A stretch of 64,000 nucleotides of DNA from the NCBI GenBank assembly GCA_963828165.1, contig CAWHDR010000001.1, forward strand, positions 128,001 to 192,000, given 5' to 3'. Positions 51,199-60,765 of the stretch are shown here, piece after piece. Source of the DNA: an uncultured Chloroflexia bacterium (GTDB lineage Bacteria > Chloroflexota > Limnocylindria > Limnocylindrales > CSP1-4). Every line of letters starts with the position of its first letter. The first letter of the stretch is position 1. The notes beneath the pieces are model-generated. The model worked only from the letters and a program-made list of their open reading frames with translations, did no database searches and had not been told where the DNA came from. The position numbers and the translations under genes were made by a program.

Positions 51199-52658
51199 GC
51201 GAACAACTCCTGCAGCAGCTCCAGGGCGGTCCGCTCGATGATGCCCGCCACCTCCGTCGAGAAGGGCGCGGGTTGCCCGTAACCCCGATGCGAGACCGCC
51301 GGCTCGTAGCCGCCATGCGGGTATTCGTCCGGGGTGGCCACGTAGCCGAGGCTGCCCTGGCTGTAACCCGCGAAGATGGTGACCGGGGCGGGCGACGCCG
51401 CGCGGACCGCGGTGCCGATCGCACCAAAGATCTCACCCGGGGCGCCCACGACCGCGCAGTCGCCGATCCTTGCCGCCCAGATCTCGCCATCGACCGCTGT
51501 CGCTCGGCCGCCTTCGGCCTCCTGCGCGAGCGTCGTCTCGAGCCACGAGATGTGGTAGCGGATCGGGTTCATCGTGACCCGCGTCTCGCCGGCTTCGCCA
51601 CGGGCAACCAGGTCGGCCTTCCGTTCGGCGAGCTCGCGCTCGAGGTCGGCGACGCTCGGGGGGTCGAGCAGCGGCAGCGAGACGATCCGGCGCGACGTCC
51701 GCAGCGGCTGCGCGGGCGGATCGTCAGCAACCCGTCGCCGGTACAGGGAGATCGGCGTCACCGAGCCCCAGTCGGACCGGTCGAATTCGACGGGCCACGG
51801 GTCCGCATCCGCGATGGCATGGGCGGCTTCGAGCGCGAGCCGTTCGCCGAAGATGTCGGCCGCGACCTGCGCCCCGTCGTCGTCGCGAAAGGCCTCGAGA
51901 GGCAGGGCATCGCCAGCCGCGCCCTGGAGGAAGACCGTCACGGCGCCCGGTCGCATTCCAACGCTCGCGACGGACGACCGAAGTCCACCCACGAAGTCCG
52001 GGCCCGCGCCCGGGTAGTCCGGACCGATGACCACCGGATGGCAGGCGAACGAGACGAGGGTCGCGATCCCATCCGCGTGGAGTGGGGGCCCGTCCCGCCC
52101 GTCGACGCGGATCGCGACGACGGAATCGTCGCGGACGCCCTCGGGGTTCCAGCCAAGGATGGTCCGCCCGTCCGGCGTCCGCTCCCGGCGATTGACCGCG
52201 AGGCCCTTGGCCTGTCCGACGCCACCGCTCACCCGCGCCGGTGCGAGCCGGCCGACCGCCTCAAGGGCCACCGACGCATATCGATCGGGGACGGAGTCCC
52301 AGTAGTGCAGTTCGGTCTCGGTCCAGCCGTCGAACTCGCCGCCGAGCTTGATCGTCGCGCCGGGCCATGGGGCGGCATGCGTATGGCTCGAATTCAGCAG
52401 CACGGCCGCCGGGTCGCACCCGATGACCTCCGCGACACGCGCGCGGATGCGATCCGCCATCGGCGTCGTCAGCCCGACGACGTCGGCCGCGATGATCGCC
52501 ACGGTCGTCCCGTCCCCCTCGTCGCGGAAGACGCAGGCGCTGGCCATCAGCGGCTCGTAGGCGGACCGCGCGGCGAGGGGCCGGCGGATATAGCCGAGGA
52601 GGTCCACCGGGAAGGGCGGCGTGATGTCGACCTCCGCCGCCCCGGCCATGAGGGTCAA
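51195..52658 (-). CDS. Neutral/alkaline ceramidase-like amidohydrolase
   Basis: VDITPP, SHTHAAP, VNRR, FACHP, LQGAAGD, PGE, GY..GGYE. Confidence 0.8.
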   Translation of the reverse strand: MTLMAGAAEVDITPPFPVDLLGYIRRPLAARSAYEPLMASACVFRDEGDGTTVAIIAADVVGLTTPMADRIRARVAEVIGCDPAAVLLNSSHTHAAPWPGATIKLGGEFDGWTETELHYWDSVPDRYASVALEAVGRLAPARVSGGVGQAKGLAVNRRERTPDGRTILGWNPEGVRDDSVVAIRVDGRDGPPLHADGIATLVSFACHPVVIGPDYPGAGPDFVGGLRSSVASVGMRPGAVTVFLQGAAGDALPLEAFRDDDGAQVAADIFGERLALEAAHAIADADPWPVEFDRSDWGSVTPISLYRRRVADDPPAQPLRTSRRIVSLPLLDPPSVADLERELAERKADLVARGEAGETRVTMNPIRYHISWLETTLAQEAEGGRATAVDGEIWAARIGDCAVVGAPGEIFGAIGTAVRAASPAPVTIFAGYSQGSLGYVATPDEYPHGGYEPAVSHRGYGQPAPFSTEVAGIIERTALELLQELFA

Positions 52659-53380
52659 GACGCCACCTCGGCCCACGGGGCGGGATCCTCGATCGTTCGC
52701 TTGAGCGTGCCCAGGAAGCCGGCCGCCGCGACCCCATCGACGGCCCGATGGTCGGACGAGAGCGTGGCCGTCATCACCCTGCGGGCGACGATCTGTCCGT
52801 CGCGGGCGACAGGTCGCTCGACGGTCTTCGCAGTGGCCAGGATCGCGACCTGCGGCGGGGTGATGATCGCCGTGAACGCCGTCACGTCGTACATCCCGAG
52901 GTTGGACAGCGTGAACGTGCCCTCGCTGACCTCGGCCGCCCGCAGCTTGCCGGCCCGGGTCCGCGTGGCCAGGTCGCCAAGGGCCGCGGCGAGATCCGCG
53001 ATGTCGCGATCGCGGCAATCGAGGAGCGCCGGGGCGATGAGGCCGTCGTCGAGCGCGATGGCCACGCCGATATTGATGGCGTCCCACCGTTCCAGCCGAT
53101 CCCCGGCCCAGGCCGCGTTGAACGCCGGATGCTCCGCCAGGGTCAGCGCGACGGCCCGAAGAAGGAACGCCGTGACCGTGACCCGGGCCTCGCGCGCGCG
53201 TGCGCTGTTGGCCGCCGCGACGACGTCAAGGAGCGCGTCCATCTCGATCTCGGTCGACAGGTAGAAGTGCGGGATCTGCTGCTTGCTCTCGGTCATCCGC
53301 CGCGCGATGGCGCGGCGCATCGCGCTCGGCGCGACCGGCTGCCGACCCGGCGTGACGGGAGGATCGGCTTCGGCCGTCAC
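52655..53380 (-). CDS. 2-oxoacid dehydrogenase E2 acyltransferase, catalytic domain only
   Basis: MRRAIARRM..IPHFY, GTFTLSNLG, DHRAVDG. Confidence 0.9.
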   Translation of the reverse strand: MTAEADPPVTPGRQPVAPSAMRRAIARRMTESKQQIPHFYLSTEIEMDALLDVVAAANSARAREARVTVTAFLLRAVALTLAEHPAFNAAWAGDRLERWDAINIGVAIALDDGLIAPALLDCRDRDIADLAAALGDLATRTRAGKLRAAEVSEGTFTLSNLGMYDVTAFTAIITPPQVAILATAKTVERPVARDGQIVARRVMTATLSSDHRAVDGVAAAGFLGTLKRTIEDPAPWAEVAS

Positions 53381-53626
53381 CTACTCGCCGTCCTCGAGCC
53401 ATGCGATCGCCTCACCGACCGGAACCTCGTCGCCGGCATCGTGGACGATCTCGGCGAGGACCCCGGACGCGGTCGCCTCCATCTCGACGGTGGACTTGTC
53501 CGTCTCGATCTCGGCGATGACATCCCCGCGGGCGATCGTGTCGCCGACGCGCTTGAGCCAGCTGCCTACTTTGCCTGATTCCATGTCGTAGCCGAGCTTC
53601 GGCATCTCGACGGCGATCCGCCCCAT
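53381..53626 (-). CDS. Stand-alone lipoyl domain protein
   Basis: MPKLG..W.K.VGD..IETDKSTVE. Confidence 0.9.
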   Translation of the reverse strand: MGRIAVEMPKLGYDMESGKVGSWLKRVGDTIARGDVIAEIETDKSTVEMEATASGVLAEIVHDAGDEVPVGEAIAWLEDGE

Positions 53627-53680
53627 CGGGTCTCCTCTACACGTGTCAGACCGCCATCCCCGGCTGCGGCGCCGGTGCGG

Positions 53681-53694
53681 TGCAAGCGTTTCCA
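53681..53694. promoter_or_regulatory. Putative LacI-family operator in divergent promoter
   Basis: TGCAAGCGTTTCCA; related sites at 54120, 54132 and 57895. Confidence 0.55.
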
Positions 53695-53761
53695 GCCGCT
53701 ATCATACCGGCACCAACGACCGGGCTTACAAGGGCCCGACGACGCACCCGGGAGGCGGTCC

Positions 53762-54055
53762 GTGGAGTTCCTGGTCAACATCGAGATAGGGTGGCCGGCC
53801 GACGGAGATCCCGAGGAGCTGGCGAGGCTCACCGCGGCGGAACGCGTGCGTGGTGCAGAACTCGGGGCGGCCGGCACGATCCGGCGCATGTGGCGGGTCC
53901 CTGGCCGGCGTGCCAACTGGGGCATATGGGAAGCGGAAGATGCGACCGCGCTCCACGCCGCCATCGGTTCCTTGCCGTTCTTCCCGTACCTGGACGTCAA
54001 GGTCATCCCGCTGGCCGCTCACCCCAACGACCCGGAACGCGCCGGCGGCAAGTAG
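53762..54055 (+). CDS. catC: Muconolactone delta-isomerase family
   Basis: EFLV..MWRVPGRRANWGIW..LH..SLPFFPYL..PLAAHP. Confidence 0.85.
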   Translation: MEFLVNIEIGWPADGDPEELARLTAAERVRGAELGAAGTIRRMWRVPGRRANWGIWEAEDATALHAAIGSLPFFPYLDVKVIPLAAHPNDPERAGGK

Positions 54056-54158
54056 CGCCCGGTCAAACCTGACGGGGCGGCGACCGAGGCAGTGGCGACC
54101 GTATCGACGCTTCGCTCGGTGGTATCGTTTCGGCAATCGTTTCCGATGGGAGGTTGTC

Positions 54159-55292
54159 GTGTCGGTCGTGACGCGGGTCCGTGCATTCCCGGTCCAGTAC
54201 ATCGAGCCCAACAACGACGGGAAGCTCCGGTCGTTGACGTTGGTTGCGGTCGATACGGACGACGGAGCGACAGGCTGGGGTGAGGCGATCTCCGGGACGG
54301 TCGAGACGAGTCTGGCGGTCGCCTTCCTCGCGGAACGTCGCCTGGCACCGATGGTCCATGGCAAAAACCCGCGCAACGTGCGACAGATCTGGCAGGACAT
54401 CCGCGATGCGACCTTTTGGGACGGCAACGGCGGCGTGCTCACGTTCGCACACTCAGCCATCGATATGGCCCTGTGGGATCTCGCTGGCATCGTCCAGGAT
54501 CGTCCGCTGTACGAGCTCCTCGGCGGACGCCGCACGGATCGGATCCGAGCGTGCGCAAGCACCATCTTCGCCACCGGCGATCTCGATCGGATCCGCTCCG
54601 AGTACGGCGGATTCGCTGCAGAGGGCTACACCGCCGTGAAAGGCGGCTGGGGCCACGACCTCTCTATCGCCTTCGGACGCGATGCCACTCGCGACCTCGC
54701 CGTCGCCCACGCGGTCCGGGATGCGGTGGGGCCTGACGTGGACGTCATCTGCGACGTCGTGGCGCTGGCCGGGTGGACTGCCGAGCATGGGATCGACGTC
54801 GCGCGGCGGCTGGCCGATGAGGTCGGGCTCTACTGGCTCGAGGACCCGTTCCTCGAGGAGGACCTGGTGGCCTACAGGGCCCTCAAGGATGCCCTGCCCG
54901 ACCAGCGCATCTGCACCGGCGAGAAGGGCTGGATCGAGCCGCACTACCGGCGCCTGGTGGCCAGCGGGATCGACGTCGTGATGCTCGATCCTGGACGAGC
55001 CGAGGGCGTGACCGGGACCTGGAACGTGATCGAGATGGCCCGCCAGGCCGGCAGGTCGTGGAATGCGCACTCGTGGAGCTCCGCCGTCAACACAGCGGCC
55101 TGCCTGCAGATGGCCGCGGCTTCCAGCAACGTCCTGGTCCTGGAGCTCAAGCCCGTCCCATCACCGATGCAGGACGACATCGTGCGCACGCCGATCCGCC
55201 AGGAGGCCGGCTACCTGGCCGTAAGCGATCGACCGGGCCTCGGCGTCGAGGTCGACGAAGCCGCCGTTCGGAGCTTCGTCGTCACTGCCTGA
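54159..55292 (+). CDS. Mandelate racemase/enolase superfamily enzyme
   Basis: GWGE, SAIDMALWDL, LYELLGG, WLEDP, TGE, PGLGVE. Confidence 0.9.
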   Translation: MSVVTRVRAFPVQYIEPNNDGKLRSLTLVAVDTDDGATGWGEAISGTVETSLAVAFLAERRLAPMVHGKNPRNVRQIWQDIRDATFWDGNGGVLTFAHSAIDMALWDLAGIVQDRPLYELLGGRRTDRIRACASTIFATGDLDRIRSEYGGFAAEGYTAVKGGWGHDLSIAFGRDATRDLAVAHAVRDAVGPDVDVICDVVALAGWTAEHGIDVARRLADEVGLYWLEDPFLEEDLVAYRALKDALPDQRICTGEKGWIEPHYRRLVASGIDVVMLDPGRAEGVTGTWNVIEMARQAGRSWNAHSWSSAVNTAACLQMAAASSNVLVLELKPVPSPMQDDIVRTPIRQEAGYLAVSDRPGLGVEVDEAAVRSFVVTA

Positions 55293-55340
55293 CCCTGCGT
55301 CGAACCAGGAACCAGATCGAGTAGTCAGAGGAGTGCGTAC

Positions 55341-55724
55341 ATGACCAAGCAATTCGTGGGCTACGGCGTGGATGCCGTGTCACTCGCCCCGGTATCACCG
55401 GGCATCGAGGTCGACGGGTGGTTATTCGTCAGTGGCCAGGTTGCGCTCGACCCGGCGGCCGGCAAGCTGCAGCTCGGGACGATCCAGGAGGAGACGCACC
55501 TCGTCCTCCAGAACATCGGCAAGATCCTGGAGCAGGGCGGCTGTGGCTTCGAGGACGTCGTGCGGACCACCATCCACATCGGCACGCTCGACGACTTCGC
55601 CGGCATGAACGAGGTCTACCGCGAGTACTTCACGGGCGTCCTACCGACTCGAACCACGGTCCAGTCAGGGTTGTTCGGCGGCTGCAAGGTCGAGATCGAC
55701 GCGATTGCCCGTATCCCTCGCTGA
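55341..55724 (+). CDS. RidA/YjgF family
   Basis: FVSGQV, MNEVY, PTRTTV, VEIDAIA. Confidence 0.9.
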   Translation: MTKQFVGYGVDAVSLAPVSPGIEVDGWLFVSGQVALDPAAGKLQLGTIQEETHLVLQNIGKILEQGGCGFEDVVRTTIHIGTLDDFAGMNEVYREYFTGVLPTRTTVQSGLFGGCKVEIDAIARIPR

Positions 55725-55742
55725 CGCCCGACCAGAGATCGA

Positions 55743-56651
55743 TCAGGCCTCGCCGGTCAGCGCGCGTCGCGGATTCTGGTCGAGGACCTGGTCGATCTCA
55801 TCGTCGCCCATGCCGGCATCGCGTAGGCGTGGGACGACCTTGGTCAGGATGAACCCGTAGCCTGCACCGCCGTGGGCGGCCAGCTGCGACACCGCACAGA
55901 TGTCCTGCGACAGAAGGACGCTGTCAAGGTAGCCCGCATCGACCAGCTCGAGGATGCCCTTGATACGGTCCTCCAGCAGTCGTCCCTCGTTGCGGATCGT
56001 GTCGAACTGCACGAACGCGCCGCGTGCTGCCACGGCCAGCCGATAGCCGGGCGTGGCGACCGTATCGCAGTGGCCGATGATTACCCGCCGTGGGTCGACG
56101 CCGGCCGATTCCAGCACATCGAGCTGCTTGGTCCCGACCGGCCAGACGACCGCATGAGTGGTGATGGTCAGCCCCGTCGCGAGGTGGGCGTACGCCGCCG
56201 CCCGGAAGGACCGTTCCTCAGCGGCTGACATGTACTCGCGGTCGCACCCGATCTCGCCGATGATGCCCGGCCGGACCCCGTCCTGGCCATCCCTGATCTG
56301 GCGGACCATGTCCTCGCCGATCTCGAGATGGTCGTAGCGGTCGAAATACGCCCGGTCCAGGTACGGATCACGGTAGTGACCGACCCCCATGATGATGTGC
56401 AAGCCCGATCTTTCGGCCAGGGCCTTCAGGCGCCGTGGCTGCGGCCGGAGTTCGGCGGTGCTGCACTCCACGATCGTCCTGCCGCCCAAGTCGGCGAAGG
56501 TCGTGATCTCTGACAGGGCCAGTTCGTCGTCGTCCAGAACCCCGTCGCGCCGGAGCTCGCGGAAGAAGCTCGAGAGCAAGTGCTCGTGCATGAGGGTCGT
56601 TCCAAGGACCGCCGCGTCGACAGGCCCGGCCACGGTCATTACATCCGTCAC
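55743..56651 (-). CDS. Phosphotriesterase-homology (PTE/Php) hydrolase
   Basis: TLMHEH, IGEIG, TTH, IGHCD, LLSQD. Confidence 0.9.
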   Translation of the reverse strand: MTDVMTVAGPVDAAVLGTTLMHEHLLSSFFRELRRDGVLDDDELALSEITTFADLGGRTIVECSTAELRPQPRRLKALAERSGLHIIMGVGHYRDPYLDRAYFDRYDHLEIGEDMVRQIRDGQDGVRPGIIGEIGCDREYMSAAEERSFRAAAYAHLATGLTITTHAVVWPVGTKQLDVLESAGVDPRRVIIGHCDTVATPGYRLAVAARGAFVQFDTIRNEGRLLEDRIKGILELVDAGYLDSVLLSQDICAVSQLAAHGGAGYGFILTKVVPRLRDAGMGDDEIDQVLDQNPRRALTGEA

Positions 56652-57586
56652 GTCGGCATCGCTCCTGTATCTGATCCTCCGAGCATGCGGCGGGGGTTAA
56701 GCACCAGCAGCTGGTCGAGTTCGTCGTCGCCGAAGCCGCGAGCACGGAGTCGTGCGGCGAAGTCCAGCAGCACGTGGGCATAGCCACTGCCGCCGAACTG
56801 CACGAGCGCTGGACGCTTGCACACATCGGACGAGATGAGGACCCGGTCCAAGAGGCCCCGATCGGCCAGCCGTGCGACCTGCTCGACTCGCCAGGCGTCC
56901 GAATCCTTGTCCTCCTGGCCGATGGTATCGAAGGCGAGCCAGGCACCTCGAGCGAGGATTTCGTCGTGGTAGACCGTCGATCGACATGTGTCGGCGTGAC
57001 CGATGACCACCCGGCTCGAATCGGCTCCGGCCGCCTCGAGGATGTCGAGTTGGGCGAGTCCCACGGTCGTGAACAGGGCGTGCGTCGCAATGGCGGCCCC
57101 CGTCGCGCGCTGCGCCCGGGCAGCGGCCTGGAAAACTCGGTGCTCGACCGGGTCGATGTCGCGATGACCGGTCGCGATCTCGCCGATAATCCCGGCCCGA
57201 ATCCGGCTGGGCCCGAGGCCGTCCACCAAGGCTTCGACGAAGTAGCGCTCAAGGGCGTCGTCGGACGCTTTGTCCACCCACGGCGGACGGAACTTGCGCC
57301 AGTAGATCCCGACCCCGGCGACGATAAAGACCCCGGACGCCAGAGAGACCCGCCGCAGGCCCTCAAGATCCGGGTGCAACCCAAGCGTCGTCTGTTCGAC
57401 GATGGTGCGCCCGCCGGCGGCCCGGAACATACCGAGTTCCGCCGTGGCGATGTCCTCGTCCAAGAGCACCCCGGCCGCGTTCATCGACACCTCGTACATG
57501 TCGATCAGGACGTGCTCGTGCACGAGCGTGGTGCCCATCGCGGCACTGGCGATGGGACCGGTGACCGTTTGGACCACTGACGTCAC
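56648..57586 (-). CDS. Phosphotriesterase-homology (PTE/Php) hydrolase
   Basis: TLVHEH, IGEI, ATH, IGHAD, LISSD. Confidence 0.9.
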   Translation of the reverse strand: MTSVVQTVTGPIASAAMGTTLVHEHVLIDMYEVSMNAAGVLLDEDIATAELGMFRAAGGRTIVEQTTLGLHPDLEGLRRVSLASGVFIVAGVGIYWRKFRPPWVDKASDDALERYFVEALVDGLGPSRIRAGIIGEIATGHRDIDPVEHRVFQAAARAQRATGAAIATHALFTTVGLAQLDILEAAGADSSRVVIGHADTCRSTVYHDEILARGAWLAFDTIGQEDKDSDAWRVEQVARLADRGLLDRVLISSDVCKRPALVQFGGSGYAHVLLDFAARLRARGFGDDELDQLLVLNPRRMLGGSDTGAMPT

Positions 57587-57775
57587 GTCGTCTCGTCCCG
57601 GGCGCTCACCGGCAAGGCGACACGACGTGCTGTGGTCGCGCTCGGCCGGTAGCCATGTGGACATCGCTCCGCGATCGTGCCGTATCGGCGGGTGACGTGG
57701 TCAAGGCATGGACGTCGCGGCGATGATATTGCGCGCAAACCCCACCGTGAAGCCTTGCGTCGGGGTGAGGACGAC

Positions 57776-57860
57776 CATGGACGAGCGGAATCAGGAAGCA
57801 GACGTCGTGATCGTCGGGGACGGGATCATGGGGATGAGCGAAACGCTGAGCCATTCTCGA
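57776..57860 (+). pseudogene. N-terminal remnant of FAD-dependent oxidoreductase
   Basis: MDERNQEADVVIVGDGIMGMS, degenerate GxGxxG; RBS GAGG. Confidence 0.45.
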
Positions 57861-57949
57861 GATGGACTCCGCACCTACGGGTGTGCTAGCGTCCTGCAAA
57901 CGCTACCGGGATGCATTACGGGAACCCGGATGCGCTCTGAGGAGGTGGC

Positions 57950-59017
57950 ATGCGTCAACGACACGCTCGACCGATCCGCGGGCTCGCACTAGTCGCGGTG
58001 CTCAGCCTGGCGGCCTGCTCGACCGGCGGAGGGTCTACCACAGCTCCATCTGCCTCCACAGGCGCGACGACCGCGCCGGCATCGGGAACTCCATCTGGCC
58101 CGGTAGCGGCGGAATTCAAGCTGCGCGGTGCGAACGCCGTCGGCGGGGACACGTCATTCGGCAAGGCGTACGAGATGTTCGCCACCTGCCTGAACGAGCG
58201 GACGAACGGGTTGATCGAGCTCGAGATCTTCCACGACGCCCAGCTCGGATCTGACGCCGAGGCCCTTGAGCTCGCGCAGAACGGCGCGCTCGACTTCACG
58301 GAGACCACCATCTACAGCAATATCATCCCCCTGGGAACGGTCTTCGACCTGCCCTTCGTCTTCCAGGACGAGGATCACTGGCGTGAAGTCACGACAGGTG
58401 CTCCGGGCCAGGCGGTCATCGACGCCGGCGCCGGCAGCGGCATCAAGATCCTGAGCTACCACCTGGGTGGCTGGCGCGATACCTACGGCAACGTCAAGAT
58501 CGAGAGCGTCGACGACCTCAAGGGCCTCAAGCTGCGGACGCTGCAGTCGCCGGCCTACGTGGAACTCTTCCAGGCGCTCGGCGCCACCCCGGTGCCACTC
58601 GCCTTTGGCGAGGTCTATCTGGCGCTCCAGCAGGGCACCCTCGATGGGGCCGAGACGGCCCTTCCTTCGATGTACGACGCCAAGCATCACGAGGTGTCCA
58701 AGTTCGTCGCCCAAACCCATCACGGCCTGAGCAGCGTCGTCTGGGTCATCGCCGAGGCAACGTGGGACAAGCTCCCGGCCGACGCCCAGACGGTCGTCGT
58801 GGAATGCGACCGCGAGGCGACGGACTTCCAAGTCGAGACCCAACTTGCTGACGCTGAGCGGATCGACCGTGACCTCCAAGAAGTCGAGGGCATGGAGTTC
58901 ACCCAGCCCGATCTCGCCCCATTCCGCACGGTCGCGCAGGACCAGGTCTATCCGAAGCTGATCACGGCCGACGACCAGAAGGCCTTGCTGCAGCAGGTCA
59001 TCGACCTCGGGACCTAA
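57950..59017 (+). CDS. dctP: TRAP substrate-binding lipoprotein
   Basis: Lipobox LAAC, QLGSD, DLKGLKLR, GEVYLALQQGTLDG. Confidence 0.92.
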   Translation: MRQRHARPIRGLALVAVLSLAACSTGGGSTTAPSASTGATTAPASGTPSGPVAAEFKLRGANAVGGDTSFGKAYEMFATCLNERTNGLIELEIFHDAQLGSDAEALELAQNGALDFTETTIYSNIIPLGTVFDLPFVFQDEDHWREVTTGAPGQAVIDAGAGSGIKILSYHLGGWRDTYGNVKIESVDDLKGLKLRTLQSPAYVELFQALGATPVPLAFGEVYLALQQGTLDGAETALPSMYDAKHHEVSKFVAQTHHGLSSVVWVIAEATWDKLPADAQTVVVECDREATDFQVETQLADAERIDRDLQEVEGMEFTQPDLAPFRTVAQDQVYPKLITADDQKALLQQVIDLGT

Positions 59018-59059
59018 TTCGGGACACATCGAGCGCGGGGCATATGTCCCGCGCTCGGT

Positions 59060-60208
59060 GTGGCCGTCGCCATGCTCGGTCGCTACGTCCTTGCTGCCCT
59101 CCTGGCCCAATCCGGGTTCCATCTCTTCACCGCGCTGCTGCCGTTCCAGATGGCGCAGCTGGGCGCCGCCGACCTGGCCATCGGGGTCGTCGTCGGGCTC
59201 GGCGGGTTGACCCAGGTCCCGGCCGCTCTGGGCATGGGACGGCTGACCAGCCGCGTCGGCGTCGAGATAGTGCTTCGCATCGCGCTCTTGTGCTATGCGA
59301 TTGGTTCGGTGTTGATCTTCATCGGAGTTAGTCGCGTCGATGTCCTGGTCCCCGCAACGGGTCTTGGGCGATCTCTCCACGGGGTCGGATACGGGCTGCT
59401 CATCCCCGCTTCGCTGACGCTGGTGGCGTCGCTCGCCATTGGTCCGGCGCGCTCGAAGTCACTGGGAGCCACCGCCAGCGCGATGCATGTCGCGTTCATC
59501 GTCTTTCCGCCCATGGCGCTCTTGCTCCACCAGGTCGGAGGTATCGTGCTCGTCGTCTCCGTGGCGCTGGTCCTGCTCGGCCTCTCGTTCGTCGGCTTCC
59601 GTGACGGGGGGCGCGACGGACGAGCGGCCGCGCCCGTCAGCAACGCCATCGCACCCCTGTCGCTCGGATTGCTGGTCCACGTGGGCATCGGCCTGCACCT
59701 GGCCATGCAAGGCGTGCTGTTCACGCGATTGCCGATCTATGCGGACCCACAGATCGCCTCGCTCTTCTTCGTGGCGATCGGCATCGGCGTCGTGTCGGCA
59801 CGACTGCTACTGAGCCGTGTCCCCGCCGCGGATTCGACGGTGGTGCTCGTCGTTTCGACGATCCTGTGCGTCGTCGGCCTCGTCGTGCTGGCCGTAACGC
59901 GTGACGCCGTGGTTGTGCCGTTGACGGGGCTCTTGATGGGCGCAGCCTCGGGCCTGATGATGCAGCTGTTGACCGAGTGGCTGACCGGTGGCCCGGCCTA
60001 TCACCATGCCGTCCATCTGTCGCGCTTCTCGGCAGCCATGGCCATCGGGTTGGGGGTCGGATCCATCGCCTCCTCGTCCTTTCCGGTCGCCGATCCCATC
60101 CGAGGCCCCATCCCAGCTCTAGCCGCCACCGCGATGGTCGCCGCCTGTTGCGCGGCGGTCGGAAAGCGCCATCTCGATACCGCGAACCAACGTCCACGAG
60201 CCACGTAG
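59060..60208 (+). CDS. MFS transporter
   Basis: About 12 hydrophobic segments, GRLTSRVG motif A, GRSLHGVG. Confidence 0.75.
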   Translation: MAVAMLGRYVLAALLAQSGFHLFTALLPFQMAQLGAADLAIGVVVGLGGLTQVPAALGMGRLTSRVGVEIVLRIALLCYAIGSVLIFIGVSRVDVLVPATGLGRSLHGVGYGLLIPASLTLVASLAIGPARSKSLGATASAMHVAFIVFPPMALLLHQVGGIVLVVSVALVLLGLSFVGFRDGGRDGRAAAPVSNAIAPLSLGLLVHVGIGLHLAMQGVLFTRLPIYADPQIASLFFVAIGIGVVSARLLLSRVPAADSTVVLVVSTILCVVGLVVLAVTRDAVVVPLTGLLMGAASGLMMQLLTEWLTGGPAYHHAVHLSRFSAAMAIGLGVGSIASSSFPVADPIRGPIPALAATAMVAACCAAVGKRHLDTANQRPRAT

Positions 60209-60216
60209 GAGCGCAG

Positions 60217-60762
60217 ATGCGATCACCGACCGATCCCCAGAAGCCGGCCAACGAACTCCCGCTGCCGGCCCTCGGACGCGCCGCGAGCGCCGTTTCCGGC
60301 ATCTTCCTGGCCGCCGTCGTCATCCTCGTGCTCATCGGGGTCATCGCCCGGTACGTCGTGAGCATCTCGCTCCCATGGGCCGAAGAGGTAGCCCGCATGA
60401 TGCTGGTGTGGCTGACCTTCGGCGGGGCGGCGGCGGCCACCTTCCGGATGACCCATATCCGGGTTGACACGATCTACGGGCGCTTCCCTGAGGGACGGGC
60501 CCGAGTCATCCTCGAGATCACGGCGATCGTGCTGACCATCGCGGCACTCGTGGTCCTGATGTGGGCCTCCCGCGGACTCCTGTTCGGTCCGTCAGCGGGA
60601 GCCATCAACCCGGGATCTGGAATCGAAGCACGCTGGACACGGATCGCCCTGCCCATCGCCTCGGTCGTGATGATCGCGTTCCTGATCGCGCAGCTGCGGT
60701 ACGTGATCAAGCACCGGCGCATGCCGACCCCGCCCTCCGAAGGCCCGCGGGACGAGGTCTAG
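60217..60762 (+). CDS. dctQ: TRAP small permease
   Basis: ARYV..WAEEVAR..HIRVD. Confidence 0.9.
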   Translation: MRSPTDPQKPANELPLPALGRAASAVSGIFLAAVVILVLIGVIARYVVSISLPWAEEVARMMLVWLTFGGAAAATFRMTHIRVDTIYGRFPEGRARVILEITAIVLTIAALVVLMWASRGLLFGPSAGAINPGSGIEARWTRIALPIASVVMIAFLIAQLRYVIKHRRMPTPPSEGPRDEV

Positions 60763-60765
60763 GCG

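Noticed and set aside
45937-53264. Long antisense ORFs (e.g. 45937-47913 minus, 51273-53264 plus, and many others window-wide)
   Set aside because: Shadow frames of real genes in high-GC DNA with no recognisable motifs
33792-53383. Amber recoding (two in-frame TAGs)
   Set aside because: Many intact genes here end in TAG and no pyl machinery is visible; the cupredoxin piece is also 5'-truncated
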